A stretch of DNA of 64,000 nt from Hyaloraphidium curvatum SAG 235-1 (GCA_025558095.1 JAIVFI010000028.1:248001-312000), one strand, 5' to 3'. Counted from the stretch's first letter, positions 44,129 through 57,350 are shown. A program made the numbers and translations. The notes: a model not told the origin generated them from the sequence alone.

Positions 44129-46486
44129 ATGGTGCGCATTGCCGCATGGTCGCTGCTGGCCTGCGCGGCGGCGCTCTCCGCGACCCTCGCCGCCGCCAGC
44201 CCCATCGCGGTGCTCGACTGCAGCTGGACCTCGCCGGAGGAGTTCCGTGCCCGCCCGCCCGTGAGCCTCTACATCCCGGAGGGCACGGTCATGTGGAACG
44301 CGAGCAAGACGGACGCCGAGAACCTGGCGTTCCAGCGCGCTTTCTGCGAGGAACAGGGGTACTGCTTCGACAACCGGAGCCCGGGAGCCTGGTGGGGTCA
44401 AGGACGGCAGGATTGGCGTCTTGTAGCGTCGTTGACAGCGCATCGTTCCTTTGCAGGTGCTACAGGGGCGTCACTAGGACCGTGACGAGCACCACGTCCA
44501 CGTCGGCGAGCGCGACTCCGACAGTCTCCACCACCCGCTCGGCCGTGTGCACCTGGACCGCCACATCCCAGATCCGCGTCGCCACGGGCGTCTCGTTTCC
44601 CGCCTGGAACCCCGCCTTGAACGGCGACGAGAACATCGCTGCCCAGCGTGCCGCTTGCATCTCCGCGGGCCACTGCTTCGACCAGCGCGCCCCCGCGTGG
44701 TGCTACCAGGCAATTGGATACGCTACCATTACCGTTGCTCCTCCTACGATCACCACCACCGCAAGCGTGTCGACTTCGGCCGCGCCTATCTGCACCTGGA
44801 CTGCAACCTCGCAGATCCGCGTCGCTACGGGCGTCTCGTTCCCGCCCTGGAACCCCGCTTTGAACGGCGACGAGAACATTGCTGCCCAGCGTGCGGCTTG
44901 CATCTCCGCCGGTCACTGCTTCGACCAGCGCGCCCCCGCCTGGTGCTACCAGGCAATCGGCTTCACCACCGTCACCGTCTCTCCTCCTACGACCACCACG
45001 ACCTCCAGGGTGTCGGCGATCACCACCACCACCGCAAGCGTCTCGACTTCGGCCGCGCCCATCTGCACCTGGACCGCTACTTCGCAGATCCGCGTCGCCA
45101 CGGGCGTCCAGTTCCCTGCATGGAACCCGGCCCTGAGCAACGACGCCAACATCGCCGCCCAGCGGGCCGCCTGCATCAACGCGGGGCACTGCTTCGACCA
45201 GCGTTCCCCGGCGTGGTGCTTCCAGGCCCTCGGCTTCACCACCGTCACCGTGAACACCTCGCGCACGACGTCCACGACAACCAGCACACTCAAGGACTGC
45301 TCCGCCACCAACCCGGCCCTCCCAGCCCCCCTGCAGTTCCCGCCGTGGGACAAAACCCGCACCACCGCCTGGAACCTCGACAACCAGCGCAGCCTCTGCA
45401 CCGTCAAGGGCTTCTGCTTCGACCAGAGCATCCAGGGACCGTGGTGCTACCTTCCCCGCGGATGGGTTGCTCCGACGTCGTCTTCGCGGTCGACCACGCT
45501 GGCTGCCGGGACATCGTCGACCTCGGCCACGTCGACGTCCCCCAGGCTGATCCTACTGCCTACTTCCTCGTCGATTGCCACGACTTCGCGCACCACCTCG
45601 GTTGTTACCTCGGGCACCTCGAGGACGATCTCGGTTCCGACGGGCATTCCGCCGAACTGGCAGGCTCCCGGGAACAACTTCACATCGTGAGCGCCGTCCA
45701 TCGATCGCGGCCTCCCCTCGACGCTCACGACCGCGAATCCCCAGGACGTGCGGCATCCCCGAAGGCATGCAGATCCAGGAGCTGCTCCCCCTGATTCATG
45801 TGCCCCAGGACTCGTGCCGCAACGGTTCGATCGATTTCGGCACCGCCCGCGAGGCCTGCACCCGCCAGTCGTTCTGCTGGATCGGCGGCGACGTTGGCCT
45901 TTGCTTCCGGCCCCCGACGGGCCCGAACCAGGGGTGCCAGAACTGCACGGGATCCGAGCACCGCCCGGGCAACGGCACGAACGGGGGCGGCGAGATGGAC
46001 GGACCCAGCAGGATGCTCTACGTCGCCAGCGTGCCCGACGTGCGCAACGCGAGCATCGAAGCCGCGCTCTGCATCGGCGCCTCCGCCCCCGAAAACCGCG
46101 TTTCCCTCACCTCGTGCCTCTCGGCCGGCGCCCTCCGCATCGACCGCGACCGCGAGACCGGGCAGATCAAGAACGCCACCGGGGACGCGAACACCTGCAT
46201 CACCCACACCGGCAACGGCGCTCTCGGCTGGAGGCCCTGCGGCGGGGATGCCCAGCGGTTCGGCGTCTTCGACGTGGCCAACGCCACGGCCCAGATGCCC
46301 CGCGGCGCCGGATCGGCGCGCTATGAGGGGATCAGGAGCAACGTCGCTTCGCCGGTCTGCGTTGCCGTCGTGCCGCCTGCTGCTGCCGGTGCCGTGGTCG
46401 CTTTGCAGCCGTGCAGCGCCATTAACCAGGCCCAGTGGTTTGCGCCAGTGCCCAGCACCGGGTTCGGTGCTCCCCTGTCTGGCTAA
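44129..46486 (+). CDS. Secreted mucin-like protein with six trefoil(P-type)-like repeats and a ricin-B-like domain
   Basis: Signal peptide; repeats C...QR..C...G.CFD.....WC[YF] separated by Thr/Ser tracts; C-terminal LCI...C, TCI...C...QRF, VCV...C....QWF. Introns at about 44392-44457 and 45687-45745. Confidence 0.8.
44545..45240 (+). repeat. Three near-identical coding repeats
   Basis: CTWTATSQIRVATGV.FP.WNPAL..D.NIAAQRAACI.AGHCFDQR.PAWC.QA starting at about 44545, 44788 and 45061. Confidence 0.95.
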
Positions 46487-46836
46487 AGAGGGAACGCGAA
46501 TGAAAAGGTGGATTGGATAGGAAAGAGTAGTGTAGATCCATATTTGGGTCAGGAAGCAAAGTGAAGGTACGGTCGTACAACCAACCCGCGCGTCTGTGAA
46601 GCAGGGGCGACGAGGCAAACCGGTCATCTACATCGAATCACGCCTAGCAAATTCAGCTGCGTCGCCCACTCGTTTCCTGAATTCCCGCGCGAATGTCCGG
46701 AAAGCAACATGATGACCAGAAAGCACTCTCGCCGCTCGTCGGCTCTCGGGACCCCGCGGAGGACGCGGGCAACAACCACGTCACCATTCCCCGGAGCTGC
46801 TCTTGGCCCTCATGGAGCTTCTCGAAGAATAGGTCC

Positions 46837-48883
46837 CTAGTCATCCGCGCCAAGTTTCTTCAAGAGACCGCGCAAGCGGTTGATGACCTCATCGGCGTCG
46901 TCCTCCGAGCCTGACTCGGCAGCGGGTGCCTGCGGAGGGGATTCCACAGCTGAGCGGAAGGACCCGCTAGAGGTCGACTCGGGGGAAGAATCGGAATCCG
47001 AGCCCGATAGGGTAGCTTTCGGCGCAGGAGCTTTCGGCGCAGGAGGTGGCGGCTGGACCGGGGCCGGTTGGGCATGGGTCGAAAGGGCATAGTTCCGCAT
47101 TCGCTCGTCCATGATCCTCCTGCGGGTGGCTCCAATGTTGGAACGATGAGAGGGTGCGGCCTCGTTGGCATCCGAAGATCCGATCGTCGGACCCGGATCC
47201 GTCGCCGCGCGAGGGGGCTGGTTCTCCTTGGCCGAGGCTCCCGTCCTTTTCGAACCAAGGTTCAACGATTCCAATCCCGAAACGAGATCGTCGGCGGATC
47301 CTTTCTGCCGTGATTTTGCCGGCGGCTGCTTGCTCGGCAGCGCGAGCGGAGGAAGACGAGCACACGCCGCGACCATGTCGTTTCCCGCGGGTCCGAAGGA
47401 GCCAACGTCGACGTCGTCTTCAGAATCGGTATCCTCCGGATACGGAAGCTCTTCATCCTCGCTTTCCGATTCCGACTCTGGCGCGGCCGTGGATCCCGCG
47501 GCCTTGGCCGCCTTGGGCTTCCGCGTGGCCTTGGGAAACCCGACCCGACGCCTCATGCCCGCAACGAGGTCGGCCCAACGAGCAACGGTCCCGCATGCCG
47601 GGCACGAGCCGGCGCCGGGAACGATCTGCAAAGGATCCCGCGCGGCGCCGAACGGCTTGGCCAGGAACTCCTCGGCCAGGCAAGTGATGTGCGCCGCAGG
47701 GGCCCGGCAGACATCGTTTGAACAGAGAAGATAAGAGTTCGGACTGCTCGCATCAATCCGGAGCGGACAAAGAACGCACATGGGCTCGAGCGCCCCCGAA
47801 CGAAGGCGTACGGCGTTGGCCTGCTCCCCGGGCCAGATGTGCGCGGCCGGCGAAAGAGGCGCAAGCATGCCCTTGTCCGCGTCCCGCTTGCGAGGTGCAA
47901 TGTCCTCGATGGCTCCGTACGTGATCCTCGTGAGGGGAGACAGGGGCGGGCAGCCCGCCTCCTCCCAGGCCTCCGGTGCCCAGCTGGCCACAAAGTGAAT
48001 GTCCAGTCCGCGGTGCCGCCAATACGGGCTCCTGAGCAGGTCGCTGATGGCCCGCATCTTGGCCGGTATCCGATTCTGCACGCGGCTTTCCGCTGGGTGC
48101 GGAAAAGCAGGGGCAAAGTGTGGCTGCGCGCAAGGGCGCAGGAACCGCGACATGTGCGGGTTCTGAAGCGCCCATTCGAACTGCAGGGCCAGGTACGCGT
48201 TCGGGAAGTTGTGGACAATGAGCGCAAACTCCCTAACGTCGAGATTAACACAGAGGAAAGGAGCGAGGCAGCAGAATCGAAACGCACCATGGACGCTTCC
48301 GGCCTTTGCCCCACCCCGTCCTCCAAGCCCCGCCTTTGACCTCGCCATTGTGCTGCCTCAGCCTCCGCTGGGGATCCGGAGTCGAGCCCACGTACGCGTG
48401 CCCCTTGAAGGAAGGCGATTTGGAGTGCAGGAGGTAGACGGCGTATAAGGGGACCGGGGCACATGACGGGGGCAGCGCGGCCGCGCCGAGGTCCAAATGG
48501 CCGGGGTCCTCGACGATGGCCGCTTTGGAGGCTTTTGGTCCCTGCCTTGCCGTCTTCTTCCCCTTCGCGGGCGTGCTCAACGGAGCAGCCGAGGGCGGGA
48601 TCACCGTCCCCGACTTCCCGGCGTCCCCGGCAGGCTGCCGCGGGTCCACGCCCGCGACGAGCGTGGTTGGCGAGGACGGAGGCAATAGCCCGCCAAGAGA
48701 ACGCGGCGACGGGAGCACGCTGCTGTCATCGGAGTCTGAGGAGGGCTCGACAGGCATCGGTATGTAGTCAGGAGGATACGCGCGCGGCGCCGCCTCCTGC
48801 GAACCAGATCTCTCGCCCTTCCCCAAAGCCTCGGAACGTGCATCCCCATTGAAAATCCCATGCTTATTCAACCTTGAGGTCAT
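46837..48883 (-). CDS. SLX1: Structure-specific endonuclease SLX1 (GIY-YIG + RING/PHD)
   Basis: YAVYLLHS...[17 protein letters not shown]...GGAWRT...RPW|...ALQFEWA.QNP; CVLC...C...C....H..CLA..F...CP.C. Start codon uncertain. Confidence 0.93.
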
Positions 48884-49264
48884 ATTTGTCGGAGCTGTGG
48901 TCAGCGAACCAGTGTGGATTCTCCCCACCCGGAGTCAGCTTGAAGAAACACGGAAGTTGAATACCTGAAGCTGCGAGAGCGGCTCGAGGTCGATGGGTCC
49001 TGCTACTAATCGGGACGACGCCAGTCTTGCTCCTCTTCGCGCACTGGTGGTGCAGAACCAGTGTAGTCAGCGCGATCGTGAAGAGGAGACTTGCATGCCG
49101 ATCGTCTCCCGCGATTTAGCCTACGGTCTCCAAACTCCCCTTCGTTTGCGAGCTGGCCCGCGTCGCCGCGCCGGGCCTGTACCTGGATCGTAATCTGCTC
49201 TTCGCAGACTCCCCGATCCGTTTCCTCGCCCTGTTGTCGCGGCGTCGGCCTCGGGACCGCGGCC

Positions 49265-51212
49265 ATGTCGGACTCGTCCTGGACGGCGCCGCGGTTCCTC
49301 GCGGATCCCTACGCCGCGGTCCGCAACAACATGGGCATCGCGATTGTGGTCGCGCTCGGCCTGATCGCGTGGGCGACCCTGCGGTGGGCGACGGGGCCCA
49401 ACGCGATGCCCCGCCGGCGGCAGGGGAAATACTTCGACGCCAAGTCAAAGAAGGTGCGCACCCTTGGCCTCTCGGAAGTGGGAGCTTTGCGTGCGGAGAA
49501 TCGGCCGACGGCGCTTCGGATTGCTCGCGGGGTGCCTGCATGGCCTGCTGGCCCTGGAGGACGAGGTCCCCGCTCTGCGGAGAAATGGAGGTCGCCCCAG
49601 GACTGCCTCGATGGGGTCGCGACTGGGCCGCCGCCTCCCGCTCGAATCAATCTCCATGAGCTACATCGTCTGCGTGTGGTTGGGCTCTTTGAGGAGGTAC
49701 TGACGGAGTCCCACCTTCGCCGCAGTTCGAGAGCCACCGGAGAAAGCACTTCCCACCCCCGTTTCCTAACGGGTGGTATCATATTGCCAACTCCGCCGAG
49801 GTAGAGAAGGGGAAGGTGGTGTCGATCTCTTGCCTTGGTCGGGAGTTTGTCATATTCCGCGGGGAGGACGGTCGAGTGACAATCCGTGGGTACCGTGACG
49901 CCTTGCTCCAACGAGTTGATCCTGATCGATGCCGCCGCAGTGGACGCCTTTTGCCCGCACCTCGGAGCCCACCTCGGCGACGGCCAGGTTAAGGACAACA
50001 CCCTCGCTTGCCCGTTCCACGGGTGGAGGTTCGACACCAGCGGCAAGTGCGTCGAGATCCCGTACATGCCCGAGGGCAGCGAGGTACCGGCATTCGCCAA
50101 GACCAAGCAGTACTCCTGCGACGAGCGGTGGGGGATCATCTTCGTGTGGTAAGGCCCCGTGCCGCTTCCCCGCCGCGTGCCTCCGATAGAAGCCTGATCT
50201 TGCCTCCTGCAGGTTCGACGCGGAGAACCGGCCTCCGCTTTGGCAGCTGCCCGACGTGCCGCAGTTGACGGACGGCAGCACGTACTATGGAGGTAACACC
50301 GAGATGGTGTTCGAGCAGTACATCTCGGAAATGGCCGAGAACTCGGCGGATTGGGTAAGTGGCAATAGGAGCCCCGAACCACTAACCTAATAGTGGTAAC
50401 AGCACCACTTCAACACGCTCCATGCGCCGTTTCCGCTCAAGTTTTTGGGTCCTCTGCAGAAGCTGTTCAGTCTGCACCATACGATACTCCTCGAGTTCCC
50501 GTACAAGGACGAACCCGGCAAACAGCACATGTGCATCTTCAACGTGCGTAACGTGCTGATGCGAGGGCCGCGTCGGGCGGCGGCGTCGCCGTTTCCTGTT
50601 TCGCTCGCTGACGGTGCCGCAGCTCCAGACACAGATGCTCTTCCTCAACCGCATCCACATCGGGCCCCCGCAGAAGATCGTCTCGACCTTCGTCGGCCCT
50701 TCGATCATGCTGTTCGAGGTCTTCGGCCCGATGGGCACCGTTCGCTCGATCAAGACGCTGCTCCCCGTGGAACCGTTCAAGCAGCAGACCTACGACATCT
50801 GGGTAGGTTCCACCCGTTCCTGCCGTGTAGCTGTGGCTGATTACCCCGCGCCTAGTGGGCCGACAAAACGGTGCCGCGCTGGTACGGCTCCCTGGTGGCG
50901 TGGGTTTTGGGGGTCTCGAGGCCGAGGGCGAAGGCTGGTGCTGACTTCCGCAACCCGGTTCCGCAGCTACATCGCCGCGGGGGCTCTCGAGCAGGATCGG
51001 CAGGTGTGGGCGAACAAGAGCTACGTGCCGCAGCCGATGCTGGTCAAGGGCGACGGGCCGTTCATGGCCCACCGGAGATGGTGGGGATACGCAACGCCAT
51101 CCGCCTCGCCGCCTCCGATGCCAACACCGCACTTGCGCGCAGGTACGGCCAGTTCTACAGCGAGCACTCCAGGGATGTTGCGCAGAACGGCGGGAGCCTG
51201 ACCGACTGGTAG
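49265..51212 (+). CDS. Rieske cholesterol 7-desaturase-like oxygenase (Neverland/DAF-36 family)
   Basis: N-terminal TM, PNGWY, DAFCPHLGAHL...CPFHGWRF (Rieske), EMAENSADW|HFNTLH (non-haem Fe), EQDRQVWANK.Y...P.LVKGDGP...RRW|YGQFYSEHS...DW*. About 8 introns. Confidence 0.85.
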
Positions 51213-51758
51213 CCAGGGTGAGGGTGATGGGCCTGCGGAGGCGGGCTGTGGCGGGAGGCCGCCGACGATGAGGGTGGAATGCCGATCCATGCGGCCAGGG
51301 CTAGACGTAGGGCAACACTTCCAGCTTCTTAATGCATATTCTTCTTGTTTCCGCTGTCCGATCTGCAACCGGCGGGCTGCAGGGGCCTGCCCCCAAGAAC
51401 ATGTGCTTGATGGGGGAGCAAGGCGACGGGGACCGGCGGATCTGCTCACTGCCGCCTCCACCGCGGAGCCTGGCCGGGCCACCCGGTCTACCCGCGAACA
51501 CCGCGCGAGCAGGGCCGCGCTTTAAGCACCGGGCTGCTCTCTCCGGGGCGTCCGCGCGAGCTGCGCCGCTCTCCGCGGCGCACCCGCATCGCCTTCGGGT
51601 CCCTCGCGGGCTTCCCCTCCCCGGCCGCGCGCCCCACCGCGTCGCGCAGACGCGCAAAGCGTCCCCTTTTCTGCGCCGCGGGCCGCCGGCCGCGCATCGC
51701 CCGCGAGCGCCGCCCGCCGCATCCCCCCGCCCGGCCGCACCCGCACAGTCAGCCAGCG

Positions 51759-53987
51759 ATGGCCGACATGGACATGGACATCGACGATGCGGCGCCGCAG
51801 CCCATTTTCATCTCGCCATCGCCCGTGTCGACGACGCGGCTGCGCGGGGACGGCCCGTCGCGGCCGCCCCAGCACCAGCGGCGCGGCTCGATCTCGGCCG
51901 CGATGTCGTGGAAGAACAGTCTGGGAAACAGCTTCAACCTGCTCCGACACGGCACGGGCACGCTGAACTCCATGTTCTCGACGAGCCCCGTGGGAAACAC
52001 CATCATGGAGTGAGTACGGACGCCGCTGGGGAGCGAGGGATGTGGGGTCCGGCTGTGGCGCGGCCCGGCCCGAAGCGTGTCGATGGCCGTGGCGACGCTG
52101 CAGATCGCGTGGAATACTGCTTGCTACCGGCCGATATTGTTCCGGGTGGCCGGGAAGGGCATGGAGTGTTGCCCTGAACGGTGGCGAACGGCGCACCGTA
52201 AGGGCGGTGTTCGTCGCCCCGACCGATGGCTGCCCTCGGGCAGAGCTTTTGCCCTTTTCGACTAAAGCTTGGTGCTTGCGCTGCACGTCTTGCTGCGGGA
52301 TCTGCGTATCGCTGCTCTTCCGGATTCTAATCCTCATTTTGCCGTTTCCCAGCATGCTCTCCAGATCCCTCACCTCTGGGTCCTTCAAGGATCTCCACCG
52401 CATCGAACAATCATTTATGCAGGACTTTACGTGCTGCGGCCTCGTCCTCCGCGATCTGCACGAGCTGGTGCAGCACTGGGAGGAGCATCAGGTCGACCAG
52501 GGCATGGAGACGGACATGACCCTCGAGGACGACGACGGCTGGGACGACGACACGCGGACCGTGCCTGAGGAGGGCGAGACCGATCATCAGCGAATGATGA
52601 TGGGCGAGATGGAGTTTGCGTGGGTTTCGGATACCGTTGCGCCACCGTCGCCCTCACTCACTCGTATGCGCCCGTCGACTTGCCGACTACAGCTCGCCTA
52701 ATCTTTCGGCAACAACCTCGGCCACCCTTCCGACCATGTACCCTTCTATGCGGGTTCGGGAGCGGGACTCTGCTTCCCCGCGGCCCGAAACGCCGCCGAC
52801 CGTTCTTGTGACCTCCTACCCTCCCGCGCCCCAATCTCCCTTTACTGCCCGGCCCGGTATGGCGCCCATCGAGGGCATGCGGGGCGCTCCGCTGGAAGAC
52901 GCAGCGCCGCCCTCGGGCGTGAACCCTTTGATGGTCGGCGTGGAGCCGCAGTCCATCCTGCAACCGCGCGCCTTGCCGACCACGCCCAACACCGTGGTCG
53001 AGGAGGACGATCCGACGGCCGGCCACGGCCAGCTCCCCAGCTTCGACGACGTCGGGGTCGCGGTGGAGGTGGAGGAGTATTCCGAGGACGACGAGGAGGA
53101 GGACGTGGAGGAGCTGCTGGACCCCGGGCTGGACGTGCAGTCCACCGAGTCGGACGTGTCGTCTCCCGGGGAGACGAGGCGATCCGAGTCCAAGCACCGG
53201 GGGAAGCGGTACCCGTGCACGTTCCCCGAGTGCGACAAGGTCTACAAGAACCCCGGCGGGCTCAAGTACCACCTCGCGCACACGCACCCGGATCCGGACA
53301 CGACGCAGATCCCGCCCGGCCTGCTCGGGCGCAACGGGAAGCGGGGAAAGAACGTGCCCGACATTTACAAGCCGTACCGTTGCATGGTCGTCACCTGCGG
53401 CAAGCGGTACAAGAATCTGAACGGGCTCGTGAGTTGCTCTTGTGCGCGCGGCGCCGGTGTGGCCTGAAAGATTGTCTTCGTCGCAGAAATACCACCTGGA
53501 GCACCACCACACCGACATCCAGGACGACCCCGTCAAGATGAACCTCCCGCGCATCATCGACAAGGAGGGCAAGGTCAAATGGGACCTCTCCGGATGCTAC
53601 GACCCCCTCATCGCCAAGCCCGGAAAGAAGCCGCAGGTCGTCGCCGCCGCCGCCAAGCCTGAGCCCAAGCCGTCCTCCTCTTCCTCGGTCAAGGCCAAGG
53701 GCAAACCCCCCACCATCCCCGTCGCCGCGCCCGCGGCGCCCCCGCAGCAGCACGTCTTTGTGCAGCACATTCCCCCGACCGACCCCGCCGCGCTGCCGCC
53801 GATGGGGCTCTTCACACCCGCCGTGACGGTTCCGGCGGTACCGGTCGTTCAGATGCCCATGAACCCTACGCAGCTGCAGGTGCTCGCTTCGGCGATCCAG
53901 CAGGCCGCGCAGACGGGGCAGGCGACGCCCGAGCAGGCGTCGCAGATGATGGCGAACTTGATGGCGATGGCGCAGCTCAACCAGTGA
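51759..53987 (+). CDS. SFP1: Split zinc-finger transcription factor Sfp1
   Basis: RIEQSFMQDFTCCG..L.DLHELVQHWEEH; YPC..P.CDK.YKNPGGLKYH; KPYRC...CGKRYKNLNGL|KYH. Confidence 0.88.
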
Positions 53988-54329
53988 GAGGGGCTGGGGT
54001 AGTTTGATTCTTTCTCATGGACGGTTTTGTGTGGTCTGGGCTAGTGAGGTGGCCCTCAATCTGGAAATTCGCACTGGGTGTAAGCCTGAAACATAGATGA
54101 GCCTTCAAAGGCAAACGGACAGCCTATTCGGTTCAAAAAGGGAGATGATTCAGCTTTTACATCCGATACATCAAAAGAACCAGGTGCACCCCATTTTTCG
54201 CGCCTCTATGTCATCATTCTAAGGAACCAGTCCGCGCTCCGTGATCCTGCCAAGATCGTTCAGGCAGGCGCACCCCTCCCAACGCGCCTGCACCCGCGCA
54301 GTTGTCCATTTCGCTCCGTCGACGGAGGT

Positions 54330-55748
54330 TCAAACGACCCTCTTGCGGAGACCGGCCGGCGACCCGTTGACCGCCCCGTTCGCCTTGGGCTCGCCGTTCG
54401 CGGCGTGCCCGTTGGCGTGCCCGTTGGCCGTTCCGTTCGCCTTGACTTCCTTCTTCCCCGCCGAACGGCCGCCCTTGCGGTACGTGCGGATGAAGAAGTC
54501 GATGAACAGGAGGAGGTAGGAGCTGATCACGGCGGTGCCGAAGTACCCGGCGTTCAGGTCGCCGTAGCAGTCGCCGCGAGTGGGAAACGGGAGCTCCAGG
54601 CGGACGACGAGGGCGTTGTACATGATGTAGTAGATCACGGTGAGGTCGATGATGAACTGGGCGATCTGCAGCGAGGTGAGGTCTGGAACCGACCACAACA
54701 AAATCCGGGTCCGTCAGAGTCAACGGAAAAAACAAGAAGGATGTTGAATGTGTGGCGATCGTCGAAGGGACAGACAGGGAGGAGAGTAAGCACTGATCGC
54801 GGTTGCGAACACCGGGCCACGCACACTTCTTCCACCAGACGGGCTTCTTGGACACCGTGGTGCGGGCGTAGTAGTAGTACATGATGACGTGAACAAGAAG
54901 GTTGATGGTGATAGGCACCCATTGCTGTTGAATGAAATGGGGATCAGTGATCACGTTCGAGCGGACCCGGAGCGGCAACCGGGTCATTTTCAACTCACCA
55001 CAGCGGTGTAGCCAACCATCTGCGAGTACGTGAGCACCATAGTAGCGGCGTGGTGGTAGACGTGGAGGAATTCTGGTGCGGAGGGCATTCCGGTGAGAAA
55101 CGCCACATAGAATCAAAGCGCTCCTCAATGGCAATTCCGCTCCGCGGCGCCCCGGTGTGCTAAAGAGCAGCCGTTGAGCGCCGCACGAGAGAGTGCCGTC
55201 GCACCGCAGACCGAACGGCAGCGGAAGAACTTGGATGAGGCGGGGACCAGGGACTCACCGAGCGGCTTCTTCTTGAGGACGAGGAAGAAGGTGTCGATGA
55301 ACTCCCACCATTTGATCAGGTAGTTGAAGTAGTAGAACGGCACGAGGCGCAGGTCGTAGGCGCCCGGCTCGCACACGGACCAACGCAGGCCGTGCTGGCT
55401 GATCATGGGGACCAGAATCTCCAACATGAGGGCGAGGAGCAGGCCCGAGGCCGCCACGAGGACGACGTTGTGAACGACAAAGAGCCACTTGAGCTGGAAC
55501 GCCTCCCTCCGCTTCATGAGCTCGCGGCCGCCCAGCACAATGGTGAGGTAGATGGCGGCGCCGATGACGACCTGCTGCCAGGTCGAGAGGAACGTGACCC
55601 CCGGCTCGAAGCGGAACTCGCGGTGTGAGGTTCCAAAGAGCTTCATCTCCACATCGTGGACGAAGGGCTCCAGGATGAGATTGTTCAGCTGAACCTCCTT
55701 CAGCGTTCCCGGCTTCGTGCAGGCCGGGTCAAACTTGTTGCAGGCCAT
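54330..55748 (-). CDS. Fatty-acid elongase (GNS1/SUR4/ELO family)
   Basis: HN..L...SG.LL, YFNY.IK.WEF.DT.FLVLKKKPL|FLHVYHH, NL.VHV.MYYYY, WWKK, TSLQIAQF, SYLLLFIDFF. Confidence 0.95.
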
Positions 55749-55944
55749 TGCGGCGCGGCAGCGAAGACGGCGGGAACTGGTCGGTGGACTCTCGAGGAGA
55801 TGGCCGGTAGCTGGCCGGGGTTTGCGGCGTCGGAGGGGATGGCGTGCGAGCTTTTGGGGAAGCTTTCTCTCGCGCCCGTGACGGGGCGGTTCGGGATCCG
55901 ACCCAAACCGGCACCACTAGCCCGAAAACTCTGCGTGCCCCGCG

Positions 55945-57318
55945 ATGTCGTCCGTGCCGCCTCCGATCCCCGTCGATGCTCCGGGACGCACTGCGGTGAT
56001 TCTCGGTGGCAATGGAATCAGTGAGGGCCGCTACGGGGAAGGAAGGGAGCTCCATCTCACCGCTGTCTCCCGCCCAACCGCAGCGGGAACTTACCTCGTC
56101 GAGCACCTTCTAAAGACTCCTGAGAAGGATTGGACCAAAATCATCGCTGTCTCGCGGAAGCTGCCGAACAAGGACTGGCTCCGGCACGATCTAGGCCTCG
56201 ACGATGCGCAGATCGAACAAGTCGCCAAGGGGACGGGCCGACTGTCGTGGATCACTGCCGATCTGCTGGAGGAGTCGGTCGAGTCTCTGAAGAGCAAGTT
56301 CGCCGCCGGAGGCGTCGCGGCCGGGACCCATTGCTTCTGGGCCGCTTACATCAACATCGATGGAACGGGCATGCCGAAGGAGCGAGTCGCCAACGCGAAA
56401 ATGTTCGAACAGGGACTGCGCGCAACGGTTGAGATCGCAGGCTACAGCCTTCGCCGCGTTATTCTTCAGTGTGGGGCCAAATGGTACGGCCCGCACAAAC
56501 GGAGCGTCCCCATGCCGTTGAAGGAGTCGATGGGACCGCACACCGAGGGAGCCGACTTTTACCTGATGCAACGCGATTCGATGCTCCGTTTGGCCGAGGA
56601 GTGGAAGGATCGATGGGATTGGGTTATTACCTTGCCGGGGACGGTCTACGGATTTACGCGTGCGTCGTATCAGAGCTTGGCAACAAGCCTCGCTCTGTAC
56701 GCTGCGATGAAGGCCCACCTTCGGGAGCCGCTCGAGTTCCCGGGCACCCGGCAGCGCCTCGTCAACGCTGATGACGCAATTTGCGCCGCGTTGCTGGCGG
56801 AGTTTGACGTTTGGTGTGCCACGACGCCCGCGTGCGGCGGGGAGGTGTTCAACGTCATGAATGCGGATGTGTTCAGCTGGAAATTCCTATGGCCGATGAT
56901 CGTCAAGGAGTTTGGCTGCGTGCCACCCACGAGGACGGGCGCCAACATGCAGGGCACCCCGCACTCGGTTGAAAAGGACTTGGCAGGGCGTGCGGCTGGG
57001 GTATGGCGCGATATGTGCGCGAAGTACCCCGGGCTGGATCCCAGCGCTGCTGATTACGCAACCTGGTGGTTCGTCGACTTCGCCTTGGCAGGAAACCAGA
57101 TGATGTTGCAGTTTGTGTTACTTGATGCGTTATCCGAGGCATGATCTCACTGATTTTCCTACAGGTCCATGATAAAGGCTCGCAAGTTCGGGTGGACCGG
57201 GTATCGCGACACAGAAGCGATGCTGCACGACATCTTCGCGCGGATGAGGAAGGCGGGATCGCTTCCGCCGGCACCGTCGGTCGAGGAAGGCAGCGGATCG
57301 TCCAAAGCGAGCTTGTAG
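55945..57318 (+). CDS. PRISE (progesterone 5-beta-reductase/iridoid synthase-like) SDR
   Basis: AVILGGNGISG, AVSR, N..M, LQCGAKWYG, DFY..Q.D, PLEFPG, FNV.N.D..SW..LWP, M.KARKFGWTG..DT. Two introns. Confidence 0.87.
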
Positions 57319-57350
57319 ATTGCGCGTTTCAGTACACCTTTTTCAGCCAA

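Noticed and set aside
30649-48883. RecQ plus SLX1 as a DNA-repair cluster
   Set aside because: 14 kb and several unrelated genes apart; chance is sufficient.
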